Source of the DNA: Eledone cirrhosa
Taxonomy: Eukaryota
Reading direction: 5' to 3'
Assembly: GCA_964016885.1 (NCBI GenBank)
Contig: OZ024741.1
Location: 326,306,001-326,370,000, forward strand
Length of the DNA: 64,000 nt
How positions within the stretch are numbered: position 1 is the first letter of the stretch; each line of letters begins with the position of its first letter. The translations under genes and the position numbers were made by a program. Under the pieces are notes generated by a model. The model was given only the letters and a program-made list of their open reading frames with translations, was not told the origin of the DNA and did not search any database. Shown in pieces: positions 25,918 to 42,682 of this stretch.

Positions 25918-28900
25918 TCAGAAGAAGTAGACCAGACTATGGCCAGAGAGGAAGTTGCCTGACCTCAGACCTTTCAATCGTGTCCACCAAACAACCTCTT
26001 TCAACATGGCTATTACGCACAGAAAAACCGCCCTTGCTTCCTTTGTGAAGAGGGGAGGCGGTTTGATTGTCATCACGGACTCGGCGGTCAATTGAATCGG
26101 CGCCACCCGCGACAGCAGTCGTTCGGCGTAGCCCCACAGATCAGCCACGCCCGGACATTGCACCAATGCGTGCGCAACGGTTTCTTCGTGACGCACGCAT
26201 CTAGGGCAAATCTTTTTCGAGGGTTCCCTGCCCGGGCGCCCGTGTCTGTAGAGCCTCTCTCGAACGGGTAGAGCCCCCCGGTAGCACTGCCAGGCTAGTG
26301 ACTTCTGGAAGTTGTCCATTGGTCCCGGGCCGAAAGTCCTACCGAACAGGCTGGCCAGTTCGTCCTCTTCCATGTCCAGCGACTCTCTAAGGGTGTCATC
26401 GCCCCTGCTAGCCACCAGCACTCTAAAGAATGATGAGGTGGATTCTCCGCCGATGGCCTGGCCCGCTTGCCAGAGAGCCCTGAGCGCCTGAGCACACTCA
26501 GTATGCCATTCTCCCAGTTTTCCGGATCTTTGCTTGACCCAGGACTGCAGCTCGGTGAGCGAGACGAGTCTCGGAAAGGCTCGTTTCACGAACGGAGCCC
26601 ACACCGGTTGACCAGTGAGGAATACCTGTAGGTGCCGTAGCCTTAATGCGTGCCTACGCATCATCAACCACGCCATCCCCAGCCCTCCTTTCGAAGGTTG
26701 TTGGCAGCAGATGGATCTTCTCACCATAGGAGGGCGCTTCTTCCAAAGAAATTGGAAGAGCATGCGTTCCATGGTGGTGAGTGTTTCCTTAGGGCAAGGC
26801 ACGACAGTCAGGCGGTAGTAAGTGACGGACGCTATGTAAATGTTCGCCACCTCCGCCCGGCCTTTTAGGGACAGCTTACACTTGGCCCATTTCTGGGTTA
26901 GTGCAAACACCTTGTTCGTAACCTCGTTCCAGTTCTTTTCCACCTGGAGGTCCGGTCCAAACCAGACCCCAAGCAACTTTACCGGACCCTCCGTCCAGTG
27001 TCCGACGACACCGTCGGGAGGCATCGGTCTGCCTCTCCACGTTCCGAGTTGCAGCCCGATGGATTTTTCCCGGTTCAGTTTCGCTCCTGACAACCTTTCG
27101 TAATCCTTCAGTAAGGTACCGATCGCCTCGATCTCCGAGTCGGTCGATACCATTACTGTTACGTCATCGGCGTAGGCCGACACCGCTTTGCTCAATCCTG
27201 GTTCCAGGGGGATACGCTGAAACAACTCTAACTTCCTCAGTAAAGGCTCGAGAGTCAATACGTACAGAAGGGAGGAGAGAGGGCACCCCTGTCGAATGGA
27301 TCGTGTGATTTCGAACGGCTTTGAAAGGTAGCCGTTCACCTTGATCCTAGAACAGATGTGGTTGCTATGTAAGGCAGTGATCCAGCCTCTGAAAACAGGA
27401 CCGAACCCAGCCGCCGCTAGCACCGCATCCAGGTAACCATGGTCGACCCTATCGAAGGCCTTAGACTGATCCAAGTTGATCAGGGCTCCACCGAAGCCGG
27501 GTTTGTTGCCAACCCTCTCTATGATTTATCGCATGAGGTGGAGGTTATCGTGAATGGACCTGGATGGGATAGCACATGTCTACGCATCTCCCACCAGGCT
27601 ACCCACGACAAGCGCCAACCTCTTTGCTAACACCTTGGCCAGAATCTTTAACTCTGTGTTTAGCAGGGTTATGGGCCGAAAATTATTTATACTATCCCCC
27701 TTGTTCTCGTATTTCCTCACCAGCGAGACTACGCCCTTGGCTACAGAACAAGGAATTCTCCCGTTCTGCTGCCAATTGCAGTAGACCGCTTCGAGGAGTT
27801 CGGAGAAGAAGACCGGCATTGCTAAATAAAGTTCGTAAGGTATACCATCGTGACCTGGAGATTTGCGTCTGCTGCATTGGCTCAGCGCATCTCCGATCTC
27901 ATCAGCCGAGATTGGTCCCTCGCAGGACTCTGCCTCTTCGCTCGAGAGACGCGGCAGGCCGTCGAGGTATGGACCGAAATCCACGTGCCCGCCCGGACCC
28001 TCGCCTCCCCCGAATAATCGGGCAAAGTGCCTTTGAAAGGCCTCGCACATCTGCTTAGGCTCCCGGATCACCCGTCCATCCTCGTCTGGCAACGACCGGA
28101 TGGTGGATCGATTTCCACCCTTAGCTTCTGTCACGCGGGCCCAGCCAACGGCTTTGGTCCCCTCATTACCTAGAGCACGTATTTTACTTCGAATGACGCA
28201 GCCTTCATGCTTTGCATCGAAAAACTGGTTCAAGGCCGTCCTCGATGCCAGCACTCTGGCCACATCTTCGCTCTTGATTGCCTCTTCTAATTTACCTGTT
28301 AATTCTTTCTCGTTTCTATTCCTATCGGCAGCTAACATCTTTCTATAACTTATTGATTCTGTTCTAATCTCTCTTTTGAGAGATGCCCACCATCGGTTGT
28401 TGACGATTGCACCCGTCAACCTCTCCTTAACTAATCTGATAATCCGGTTTCTGTAAGTCTCTTTTGCCGGTAAAGACAAATTAAGTTTCCAGTAACCGGG
28501 ACCCTGTTTATGTGTTTTCTCTAGATTGACTACGCAGATCACTAATTTGTGATCCGTATAGCCAACCGTGCGCATTTCTGGACAGCTTAATATGTCCCTA
28601 TCCTTACTTCTAACTAATAATCTATCTAAGTACGATCTAGATTGAACACTGTGGTTTCTCCAAGTCCAGGTAGGCACAGTTGGAAAATCTAGTCGATATC
28701 TATCGACCAAGTTAAAACGGTCGAGTAACCCCTTGAGGCTGTTACACCCCCTCTATTAGGACATGCTCCTGCATAGTCCCAACGTGCATCTAGGATGTCA
28801 TTCCAATCCCCCGCTAGAAGTAGGGAAGGCGACGTTCCCAGAAAAGTCTCCAACACGCTGGAAGAAGTCGGGCCGTTCAGCTCCGAAAGGGGAGTAGACG

Positions 28901-29229
28901 GCGACCAGTTTCAAGGCCGCACCTTCACTACTGCCAACGTCTAGCACCAACAAACGACCCTCCGGGTCCGAGTGAACAACCTGTACGGCAAGACCCAGGT
29001 GTTTTTGCAGCAGTACGACAACCCCACCCCCACCTCCAGGTTGACAGAGAGATGCATGCACCTCAAAGTCATCGAAAGTAGGGGCCAGCTGTCGCACGAC
29101 GCTGATCCGAGTCTCACAGATAACCATTACATTTATACCACATGACCTAAGGTCATTTAGAAGCTTTGCTTGCTTCCAAGTTGAGCCCAGGCCACGTGCA
29201 TTCAAACATCCTACTCTTAACACATCCAT
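25918..29229 (-). pseudogene. LINE ORF2: APE endonuclease - RT - C-terminal CCHC (split into 28798-29229, 27580-28710, 25918-27474)
   Basis: CLNARGL, ICETR, TWTW, SYLDR, TDHK, YWKLN, SPGHDGIP, FRPITLLN, DQSKAFDRVDH, IRQGCPLS, YADD, GGLG, CPRC..ETVAHALVQC. Confidence 0.92.
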
Positions 29230-30804
29230 GTGGGCGGCAGAGCCAAACGAGAGTGTAGAGACTTACCTTTCTGCTTCCCGGGGTTCGGGTCGCACGACTT
29301 CCCTGGGGTCGGGGGTGTTGGGTGAAGGGTGTCTTGTGGTGGTGTGGGGTCGTCATTGTGTGGTGGGGTTGGGGTGTTTGGAGTTGTGTTGGGGAGGGGA
29401 AGGGGAGGGGGAAATCTTTTTAGTAGGACGCGGTTTATGGGTTTGACAGAGGGTGGTCCTACGTCCTCCTTAAAATCCTTTTTTAGTTTTTGGTAGAGGT
29501 TCATTGGGATCTTTATTAATTTTAAATGTGGGTAGTTTTCTGAAGAAACAAAGTTTACACCTTCGGTTTGTACCGAAGTATTATTGTATATGAGTTCATT
29601 TAATTTATTATTGTTTCTGTTGATGTAAGTATAGTGTAATGTCTTTTTTTGGATGGTGTGAGTGTTTCGAAGAGGGGAGGGGCAGGTTTGGTTTTGTTTG
29701 TTGCTGGAGGGGTGTTTTCTGTTTTGTTGGATTGTGTTGACGTTTGGGTGGGGGTTGTTTGGCCTTGTGTGTTTAGCACATGTTTTATTTTTTTCCTTTT
29801 AATCTGTCTGAAGGACTCCGTTTCTTCCTCCGAATTCGTTAGGTTAACTTCAGTGTTGGAAGGAAGAAGTATGTTTGCTGGTAATGTTTCCGTGTTGGTT
29901 TTCTTTGTGGGGGAGATGGATGTCACTATGTTAGACTGTGTTGTGTGTTGTGTCTGCGGTGGTTGTGTTTTATTGAGTGAGGGGTTGGGTGGGCCTGTAT
30001 TTTGTTTTGGGGTAATGTGTTGTGACTGTTTGTGTTGTGGTGGTGGTGTAGTTTTACAGAGGGACGGGTTGGGTGGGACTGAGTTTTGTTGTTTGTTTAT
30101 CTGTTGTGGTGGTGGTGGTGGAGCTGGTGTTGGTAGCAGGGTTTTCTTTTTGTTGAGTTGGGGACAAGCGGCCTTCAGGTGCCCTCTGCCTGCACAGATA
30201 TGACAGGATGGCCTTCTCCCCTCCACGCTAATGTTTATATACCCGTGGCCCTCTAATAGGATTCTGTCGGGTATTTGAGCGATGCGTTGAGGCTTCATTT
30301 GCACTACCAGCTCTATACCTGTTCCACTGAACGCATTGCCTGTGGTTTTCCCAATGGAAATCACGTTGTCATTCACTGGATCGATGAAGCCAGCTATGAG
30401 CCAGCAGTAGTCCACATCTGGCATCATTGCATCCAGCCATATGCGTTGAGTTCTTTTACCCATATAAGATGGATAAAGGTAAAACTTTTCGAACGAATCG
30501 GTGACAAAGCACATTTTTTTGCCGCCGATTCGTTCCTCATGATAATTGCTAGGCTTCCATACAGTCTGTCTTTTCTTATGAAAGTGGTTTCATTAAGTAC
30601 TTCTGTGAGTACTGTTTTGATATCTGCTTGAGAAGGCTGTTCAGGTTTTTTTGAAGTGTTGTTGATGGTGCGGAACACGACCGTTCGGCTTTCAATGTCT
30701 TTGGTGAGTTCTTGAGGCATTTTAACCGATAAAATGCCATTCTCTCCTTTGGCGTCTGTGATTCTTCGTGCCACATCTGAAATATTTTCGGGTATATATG
30801 TCAA
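29217..30804 (-). pseudogene. LINE ORF1 (gag-like, zinc knuckle), disrupted
   Basis: CHICAGRGHLKAAC CCHC knuckle followed by a Pro/Thr-rich tail, directly upstream of ORF2. Confidence 0.8.
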
Positions 30805-31140
30805 AGATTTCTTTGTTTTTTGTGCAAAGAAATCTTGTTGACTCTGTCGTCTGCTTTGCTTTCTGTTATGTTGTTTTCAAATGTTATTTTTGTGTTTGTT
30901 GTGTCCTTAACTCTTTCTTCGCACATATTATCAATTCCTTCAATATACAAACTTTAACTTCACATTATTTTTCTCAAATCCTTCTACACACAAACCTTAA
31001 TAATTTTTTCTCTTCGTTAATTTTGAAATTGCCACAATACTTATAAACACACACCTTTTTGACGTTAGAATATTCATCCGCAATTATTATTATTATTATT
31101 ATTTTTTTCTCTCTATCTTCATACATATCAACTCCCTCTC

Positions 31141-31580
31141 TTTCCTCGTACATATTTTTCCCTTCGTTAATTTTCAAATTCTTTTAATGTATACATTATC
31201 ATCCAACGGTTCTCAACCTCTCTATGTGAAACAATATATCTTTTCTCAGTTATAAAAACTATCTCTTTCTCTCTATCACCCATCTCTCCCTCTCCACCTT
31301 CACTCTCATCTCCTCCCCTTTTTTCATCCTTTCCACCCCCCCTCCCTAAATAAAATACTTTTTCCTCGTACATATTTTTCCCTTCGTTAATTTTCAAATT
31401 CTTTTAATTTATACATTATCTTCCAACGGTTTTCAACCTCTCTATGTAAAACAATATATCTTCTCTCAGTTATAAAAACTATCTCTTTCTCTCTATCACC
31501 CATCTCTCCCTCTCCACCTTCACTCTCATCTCCTCCCCTTTTTCATCCTCCCCCCCCCCTCTCTAAATAAAATATTTTTC
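31141..31580 (+). repeat. Tandem duplication, ~220-bp unit x2
   Basis: TTTCCTCGTACATATTTTTCCCTTCGTTAATTTTCAAATTC starts at 31141 and again at ~31361. Confidence 0.9.
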
Positions 31581-31675
31581 CCAATATCACACATCAATCT
31601 AAAACCACTTTTCATATGTTGATTTAAAACTGCACTATCCACAAGTGTTTTTTAGCCTTCATATCATGTTCTCCT

Positions 31676-31744
31676 GTTTTATCTGATGAAAACACAAATA
31701 TTATTGCACGATGATGTTTGTTTTTGAAATGCGCATAATAAAAT
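31676..31744 (+). ncRNA. Type-I hammerhead ribozyme
   Basis: GTTTTAT-[CTGATGA]-AAACACAAATA..TGTTTGTTTTT-[GAAA]-TGCGCA-TA|ATAAAAT, ~30 nt upstream of (TA)n. Confidence 0.8.
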
Positions 31745-31775
31745 ACATGGAACTCCTTTAACCATCTTTTGATCT

Positions 31776-31873
<98 letters not shown>

Positions 31874-32161
31874 CATACGTATATATATACATGTGTATGT
31901 ATGTGATAATCTATATAGGGACCGGAACGCAAACCACCATTTTCACTTTTCTATCAACCATATCAGATTTTAAATTATTCAAACCAACAAGATTCCTTAA
32001 CTTATACAACTCATGTTTGCAATTGAAGACAACATGGTCAAAATGATCGCTAATTGTAAGATTACACTTAACTGGTATGAAAACTCACAATCTGATATCT
32101 ATATTTATATCTATATCTATATCTATATTTATCTTTCTCTGTCTGACTCTGTCTATGTCTC

Positions 32162-32650
<489 letters not shown>

Positions 32651-32679
32651 ATATATATATATATATATATATATAATAG

Positions 32680-34435
32680 TAGAACACTTGTGGGTCATAT
32701 CCGTAGTTGTAGAGCACTCAGTCTATGGGACGGGTTTGGTAGAAGATCATTGCACATTGCCGGAAAACCCTCCCCTTCAACAATGGCGTTACCTGGACAA
32801 AGAAGTCAACTACTTCAGAACTATTCGACATATCAATGGGATCATTCGATAGTACTGATGTATGTGACTTAGTTAGCTTATTCATTTTAAATACGTCACG
32901 TAATAGATTCCTGGACTTCCACACGGACTTATACCGTGACGATGGTCTGACCCTATCGAGCCACCAAACTGGTCATGACCTGGACCGTTTTAAAAAAGAT
33001 TTAATTACTAGTTTCAATGAGTTAGGACTTAGGATAACAGTAGATACTAACCTTACTGGCGTAGATTACTTAGACATAAATTTAGATCTTCACACACACA
33101 CCTTTAGAACTTTCCATAAACTAAATGAAAAAACAAATTTCCTACACTCTTGCCACCCACCTACAGTTTTTAGAAACTTCGTGAAAAATATCGACACTAG
33201 AATCTGTAACCTCTCCTCTAATGAAGCAATCTTTGACCGAGCGGCACCCTACGATAACGTGGCGTCAGCTAACAGCGGCTTCTCGCAACCAATTGCTTAC
33301 TCCCTTACTGAAACGCTAACAAAAATAGAAAAAGAAATCGTGCTATAGAAGACTAGTTTGGTTCTCCCCACCCACCCCCTTCTCATTCAACGTTAAAACT
33401 AATGTAGGTAAAATATGTTTAGCACTCTTAGATAGACGCTTCCCCATAGGTCAGAAATACCGATCCATCTTTAACAGACACAGGTGAAACGCGGATACTT
33501 CTGTGCTAAAGATATGAAGGCCCACATCACCAAAAGCCATTAGAGCAGCACTCCCACTAAGACCCTCTTGCCGAAGGCTTGAAACTTGTCTCCTTCAACA
33601 ACAATGTAATACACACGCTGTAAATCACGAAGATGTGGTCACTTCTGACCGACCAAATCAACAACAAGAGGTTAAATCATATGGAGGAATGGCGGAAGGC
33701 CGAATTAATGAACACTTCCTGAATCATCTGTCGACCTTCAGATACCCGGACAAACGATCGACCACGAAGCTCGCGAGCCACATATGGTCCCTCAAGGACA
33801 CAGGCGTGGATTACTCCATCCAATGGAAAGTTATTACTAAGTCTAAGCCATACGGAAATGGGAATCCCGCTTGCGGGGTGGTGCATTGAAGAAAACATCA
33901 ATATCCCGAGGAGTTGGCGTAATAGCGCTTTCTAAATTCAAGGAAGGAGCTTCTTTCACGTTGTTCACACGTCTGTAAATACCTATTACGTAATTACAAA
34001 TCTCCAGATTAACGAACATGAACAATCTATAATATTCTGGACTGAATAAAATGAATAATTTATAATTATTCTGGACATCCACAGTTGCCTCCCCCACATC
34101 GATCTATCGTGCATTTACTTCCCCTTAGATAGTGACTGTTTCTGCACATGCGTATTCGTACAGTTGTTTTTCCTTTTCTGTACAAACTCATTTAAACAGA
34201 TCTGATGATCCAAATAAGGTGAAACAATTGTTTTTGGTAATAGTGAACTAACTGTTGTAGAACTACTTCTATATATATATTATTTGTTAACCTGTTTAGG
34301 TTGCTCGTTTTTTTCGGATACGGTTGTTGCTCTGGTTTCTTCTTAGTTCATTGAGCGCTTGTAGGCATATCTCGAAGATTGCGTTTCGTTTTGTTTTGAA
34401 CACCGTCGAAATACGATCTCGCTGAAATTATATTT
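32680..34435 (+). pseudogene. Degraded Naiad-type PLE (RT core, thumb, GIY-YIG remnant)
   Basis: FDISMGSFDSTDVCDLV, LYRDDGL, VDYLDINLDL, HPP, YGGMAEG..HLSTFR..TKLASHIWSLK..IQWKVI. Multiple frameshifts. Confidence 0.85.
34196..34236 (+). ncRNA. Degenerate minimal hammerhead at the PLE 3' end
   Basis: CTGATGA-tCCaaataaGGt-GAAA-CAATTG-TT, with an imperfect stem I. Confidence 0.55.
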
Positions 34436-34903
34436 GTATATATATATATATATATATATATTAATTACTTGACGCGATGCAGGCACTCACTGATTCAGCA
34501 AATTATTTAAACTGAACCGAAACAATACCTATATTGATTTATTCGTTAATAGATTCCCAAATGAGGTGTAACACACCTGCATCAAAATATATATTAAGAC
34601 ACTCGAGGTTAATTATACTAGTATGCCAGTTACCAAACAAGATATATATTCCGTCCTGAGAGACTACTTGACAACTGGTACAATGCAAGCTTATTATATA
34701 AAGTGTAGTCCAAATTACAATAACATAGCTAACGAGATATGCCTAATTATACATATATAGATACATGTATACATACGTATATACATATACATAATTATAT
34801 ATACATACATATATATACATAGATATGTATATATATTATACATACATATGATTATATATATACATATACATATAATAATATATATATACATATATATATA
34901 TGC

Positions 34904-35026
<123 letters not shown>

Positions 35027-35244
35027 CTCGCACACACACATATATACATATATATGATGCGCGTTCGATACACACCGAAGATTCCATTGGTTTATATGCC
35101 CAACTTGTTCGACTCTTTTATAGTCAAACTTTTGTTATAGCAGCGTTCTCTACGGTAATTTCTTTTAGAAAAGAAATGTTCTTAATGCTTCAAAAAATAA
35201 ACGCTTTTATGCTTCGGTGTAGACACACACACTCACATACGCAC

Positions 35245-35336
<92 letters not shown>

Positions 35337-35530
35337 TGTAATAAATCTTTACTGTTAGATGTTTTGCCAAAGTTGGAGGCTTACCAAAACAGTCTTTCAG
35401 CATTATTTTGAAAAGCCGACACACACAATGACAGTTTGATGTATTTAAAGACTCTATAAACAATATAGGAATCTTTCATTCAGCACACGTTCAGTATATA
35501 TATATATATAAATATATATATATATATTTA

Positions 35531-35604
35531 CAGGGTGTCTTACATAAATGTATACACACTTTGATTACAATGCTGTTGAAGTATGAATATATCATTTGGA
35601 CACC

Positions 35605-35607
<3 letters not shown>
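35531..35607. mobile_element. 77-bp Tc1/mariner-type MITE
   Basis: TA-CAGGGTGTC ... GACACCCTG-TA. Confidence 0.6.
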
Positions 35608-35658
<51 letters not shown>

Positions 35659-35740
35659 GTTATTCCGGGTTGAATCGGAGGTAACCACAGTAAGTAAGGT
35701 ACTCAATACATAGCAGAGTATAACAGTTTTAATATAGATG

Positions 35741-35791
35741 AGATTCTACAGGACTAGAACTGTTTCATTCATTTGAAATCATCAGGAATCT
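35741..35791 (-). ncRNA. Type-I hammerhead ribozyme (14847 family)
   Basis: AGATTC-CTGATGA-tttcaaatgaat-GAAA-CAGttctagtcCTG-TA|GAATCT. Confidence 0.85.
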
Positions 35792-36444
35792 GGGTATCAA
35801 AAAATAAATATGGTATTTATAGGTCTCTACAAGTGGTAGGAGAGGGTGGGGAGTGGGATGGGTGCAGGTCATTGGTTGATAGAAAAGGGAATTCATTAAA
35901 AGCTAATTCTACAAAGCTATAGTTTATTTTTATTTTTATTTTTATTTATTTATGTTTTTAGAGTAACAAGGGCAGACAGAATTCTATAAACAGATTCCGG
36001 ATGGCCTACCATTCCTTGTCAATAAGTTTCTCTTAAGCTAACAGATGTCTATAAAATCAGTGGGCGGTCAGTCATAGTCGATAGAATTAAAGAAAAGGGA
36101 GATTCTTTAAAAGCTAAAGTCATTAAGGTTCTACTAAGTGACAAAGGTCTAGAGAATTCTGCAGACAGATTCAAAATACTGAGTGCATATCTTACTATTA
36201 TCTTCGAACCTCTCTTAAACTAATCAACTATATGCCAAAAATCAACAGACACATTCACAAAAAAACAAAAAAACACATACTCACTCACACACTTACGCGC
36301 AAAAATAAACACACACACAAACACATATACACACATAAAAACACACACACATATATATAAAAATATATGAATATATATTCATGTACACACACGTACACAC
36401 ACGTACATACAGACATAATACATACATACATACATATATAATAC

Positions 36445-36475
<31 letters not shown>

Positions 36476-36537
36476 TATAAATATATATTCATGTACACAC
36501 ACGTACATACAGACATACATACATACATACATATATA

Positions 36538-36572
<35 letters not shown>

Positions 36573-36807
36573 GATATATACACATATATACACACACACA
36601 TATACATATATATATATATATATATACAGATACACACACGCACATACACATACATACACACACACACACACACACATATATACACAAATAAATACACTCA
36701 CACGCATACATACAAACACGAATATACATGTATATACACACAAATACACATAGACATATATACATACACAAATATATATATATATATATACATACATATA
36801 TATATAT

Positions 36808-36856
<49 letters not shown>

Positions 36857-37026
36857 CACATACATATATATATATATATATACACACACATACACACATA
36901 CATACATACACATACATATATACACACACATACGTATACATATATATATACATATATATACACATATACATATATATATATATACATATATACACATATA
37001 TACATACACCCACACACATGCACACC

Positions 37027-37059
<33 letters not shown>

Positions 37060-37208
37060 TTATAAAAACCCCATACACACACATATATATATACACATAT
37101 ACACACACATACACACAAACACACACACACATATATATATACACAAACACATATATATATATATACATTCATATATATAACCACATACATATATACATAC
37201 ATACACAT

Positions 37209-37279
<71 letters not shown>

Positions 37280-37346
37280 TATATATATACACACACATAA
37301 ACAAATATATACACATACAAACACACACACACATACATACATACAT

Positions 37347-37423
<77 letters not shown>

Positions 37424-37582
37424 TACACACACACACATACACACACATATATATATACACACACATACACATACATACACAAATATAAGGAAAGAGCACC
37501 ATACATACATATATATATATATATACATATATATATACACACACACATATATATATACACACACATACAGACACACACATAT

Positions 37583-37661
<79 letters not shown>

Positions 37662-37761
37662 CATATATACACATATATACACACATATATACACACACAC
37701 ACACATATACATATATACATATACACACACACACATACACACACATACACATATACATATG

Positions 37762-37799
<38 letters not shown>

Positions 37800-37859
37800 C
37801 ACACAAATATATACATATACATAAAAAAAATATATACACACACATACACACACATACAT

Positions 37860-39189
37860 ACTTTGCCAGGAATTTTACCACCATTACCAATGCTGAGCAA
37901 GTTATTTTCCTCCACGCTCGTAAGACCTTTCTATACCACGATGGATCTTACTGGATCAACAAGAAATCTCAGACCCCATTTGACGTTAGCATGGGGGCGA
38001 GTGACTCGGCTGAAATTAGCGACCTTGTGGGCCTGTACATCCTACATAACCTGAAGAACCTCTTTACCGGCCTAACTGGAGGTTTATACCGAGACGACGG
38101 CCTCTTCGCCCTGCATAAGGTTAGCCCCAGAACCACCGATGGGTTTCGGAAAAACTTAAGCTCTTTCTTCTCTAATCTAGGATTTAGTATAACTATAGAT
38201 TCTAATTTGACTAGGGCCAACTTCTTAGATGTCACTCTCGACCTAGATACTTCCCTCTATTACCCGTACCACAAACCTAACGAGTCCCTTAAATATATTA
38301 ATGTTAATTCTAACACGCCCAAAACATCACTGATAACCTAGTAAAAAGCGTCTCTATTAGAATATCTGGCCTCTCCGCCAACAAAGATATTTTTAATGCA
38401 TCTGCCTCCTACTACAATGACGCCCTAGCCCGCAGCGGATTTAAAGATAAGATAACTTACCTAGAAACCACCGCAAGATTGCAGAGGAGGAATAGACATA
38501 GGCAGATTAGCTGGTACAACCCTCCCTTCAATAGAGAGGTATCTACTCCGATAGCTAGGATTTTCTTCACTTTACTGAAATTACACTTCCCCATACAACA
38601 TAGGTACTACACCATCTTTAATAAGAACACTATAAGACTGTCTTACTCCACCACACCTAACCTAGCTAGGAATATAGCCAACCACAATTCTAAACTAAAT
38701 AAGCCAACCACCTCCGAAACCAATCCCCGGACTGGGGCTCTATGTAATTGCCTAAATAAGGAAGCATGCCCACTTGAAAACAAATGCCTCACAAATGACA
38801 TCGTATACAAATGCGATGTCATCTCAGGCACTGAGGATTGCAAAAAAACTTACATCGGCATGACCTCCAACAACTTTAAGACCCGTTGGTATGCCCATAC
38901 CCACTCCTTCAGAAGACCGGATAAATCAAATCAGACAACACTCGCCTCCTACGTTTGGGACCTCAAAAGGAACTCCACCCCCTTCACGCTTAATTGGAAA
39001 ATACTCCAGAAAGCGCGCTCTTACAACGGAGGACACAAGGGCTGCGACCTCTGTATTTCAGAGAGCTACGAAATTTTATTCGCCAAGGGCCCGCTACTGA
39101 ACAAACTCTCTGAACACTGCCCGAACTGCATGCACAAGAACTTTGCAACATTCAAACACTTTAAGCCAGTGTTAAAGCCCGATGGCTAA
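37860..39189 (+). pseudogene. Naiad-type RT/GIY-YIG ORF, 5'-truncated, one frameshift near 38315
   Basis: [80 protein letters not shown]. Confidence 0.9.
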
Positions 39190-39359
39190 AAACGACCTCC
39201 CCCTATTGGCCCCTATACCTCCTCCCCACCCTACCCCACCCCTCCTCTACCTGAAATACGGCCACTATGGTTATGTGAGTACCTCTTTCGTATCTACATT
39301 TTCTGCCTGTAGAGGTGTCTTTATGTGCCTGCGTATATGTGTATATTTATTGAGTACCT

Positions 39360-40611
<1,252 letters not shown>

Positions 40612-42682
40612 AGACGAAAATATCTCGGACTTAAACAAAGTTTTCAAATCTAAAAGAAATCCACCCCCTAACAAACTTTTATCTGACTTTGAAAACGATA
40701 TAATTTCTATCATACAAGGGGTCAAATTCAAGAGAAATTTTAAAGGCCAGGAATATCTGAAAGGCATTAAGGATAACATTGAGAGCTTAGAGAAAACTGA
40801 GAAGATCTTGGTGAAATCTGACAAGACCAACAACCTCTATGGAGTGCGGAAAGACATGTATAATGGCCTCATACTGAAAGAGCTGAGGAAGAAATACAAG
40901 GTAGCAGATAAGGCCGAGCTTGAGAAAATGAATGTTGAAGCATCTTGTATAATGCATGAGTTGGAAATTGAGAACAGAACACAACCTTTCGTGCCCAGGA
41001 AACCGAAGATCAATATGAAGGACCACAAGAGGAATTTTGAAAATGACCTGCCAGTTAGATTGATCGCACCTTCAAAATCGGACCTGGGCAAATTAAGCAA
41101 AAACATTCTTGACAGGGTGATACTGCAAATTAAGAACTTGGATTGTGTATCTAACCTGAGCTTGTGGAAGGGAACTGGAGAGGTTGTTGAGTGGTTTAGG
41201 CAAATTAAATATGACGATAATAATAGGTTTATTCAACTTGATATAGCTAACTATTATTCTTCTATTACCCCTAGTCTACTAAATGAGGCACTAAATTACG
41301 CATTCAAACATACGGACCTAACTAGCAAAGAAATGCATTTTATATTATCGGCTAGGAAAACTTTGATAGAATTTAATGCCAAATTATGGACCAGAGCAGA
41401 TAGAGATAGCAATTTTGACATAACTATGGGATCTTCCGACTCAGCTCAGGTAACTGACCTTGTGGGCTTATTTTTAATCAATTCGCTACATAGGAAAATA
41501 CCCGGTACTACCGGAGGTTTATATAGGGATGACATGCTTTTACTTATTAATAATAATAACCCTGAACTAAATAGAAAATGTAAACAAATTACAAAATTTT
41601 TTAATTACTTTAACCTTAAAATAGAAATTGAGAACAACCATAGAATAGTCAATTTCCTAGATATAACATTAAATCTCAACACATGTCTCCACTATCCTTT
41701 TCACAAGTTGAATGAAAACTTAAACTATGTCAACTTTAACTCTAACCACCCCAGATCTGTCAAAAACACTATAGTAAACTCAGTCCAAAAACGTATCTCT
41801 AGGATCTCGTCGAATAGAAAGATTTTTGACGAAAAGGCCCAATACTATAATGATGCACTAGCTAGGGCAGGGTATGCTGATAAGATTGTGTACATAGATA
41901 ATGATAGACAAACTAAACAAAGTAACAACTTTTTTAATTACGGCAACAACATTAACAACTATAATAGAAAGCATTACAATAATTCCAAAGGACAAAAAAG
42001 AAATAGAACTAGGAACATAATTTGGTTTGCCCCCCCTTTCTCACTAAACATTAAAACCCACATCGCTAAATTATTTTTCAAAGCTCTTGATAATCGCTTC
42101 CCTAGAACACATAGGTATCACTCAATCTTCAATAGGCATACAATTAAATTAACCTACTCATCCACCAAAAATTTAGCACAAAATATTAATAGAATAAATA
42201 ATAGGAACTTAAAACCTACTGATAATAGCATAAATAATATACAAGTTAACAAATGTAACTGTAGAGATAGATCTAAATGTCCGTTAAATAACAACTGCTT
42301 AGTTAAAAATATAGTATACAATTGTAATGTTAATACTGACTCTAATTCTTTTAACTACGTCGGTTCCACATCGACGGAATTTAAACTTCGCTATAATAAC
42401 CACAAGAATTCTTTCACAGATCCAAATAAAAAATCTTCAACGGCACTATCAGGGGTACTCTGGCAACTTAAGCTAGATAACGTTAGATATTCGACGGCTT
42501 GGAATATAGTCTCAAGAGGGATTCCTTTTAATTCATCCTCTGAGACATGTGACCTCTGCGCAGAGGAGATATTCTTTATACTAAAATCTAAAAATTCCCT
42601 TAACCTACGGACAAATTTATTCAGTTGTTGCAAGCATAGATTAAACTCAACGTTTAAATATAAATTTAAATTTAAAATGTAG
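40612..42682 (+). CDS. Naiad-type PLE RT + GIY-YIG ORF, uninterrupted but lacking the natural N-terminus; element extends to ~44345
   Basis: [87 protein letters not shown]. The upstream IYIY part of the listed ORF is microsatellite. Confidence 0.92.

Larger units (their letters stand above)
25577..31000 (-). mobile_element. Near full-length L1/Tx1-clade LINE, frameshifted
   Basis: ORF1 and ORF2 are in tandem, and the 3' UTR ends in AATAAA abutting (TA)n at ~25577. The 5' boundary is approximate. Confidence 0.9.

Noticed and set aside
35335-35495. Possible degenerate hammerheads at 35350-35405, 34490-34535 and 58580-58612
   Set aside because: Each needs several core mismatches and is indistinguishable from chance in AT-rich DNA.
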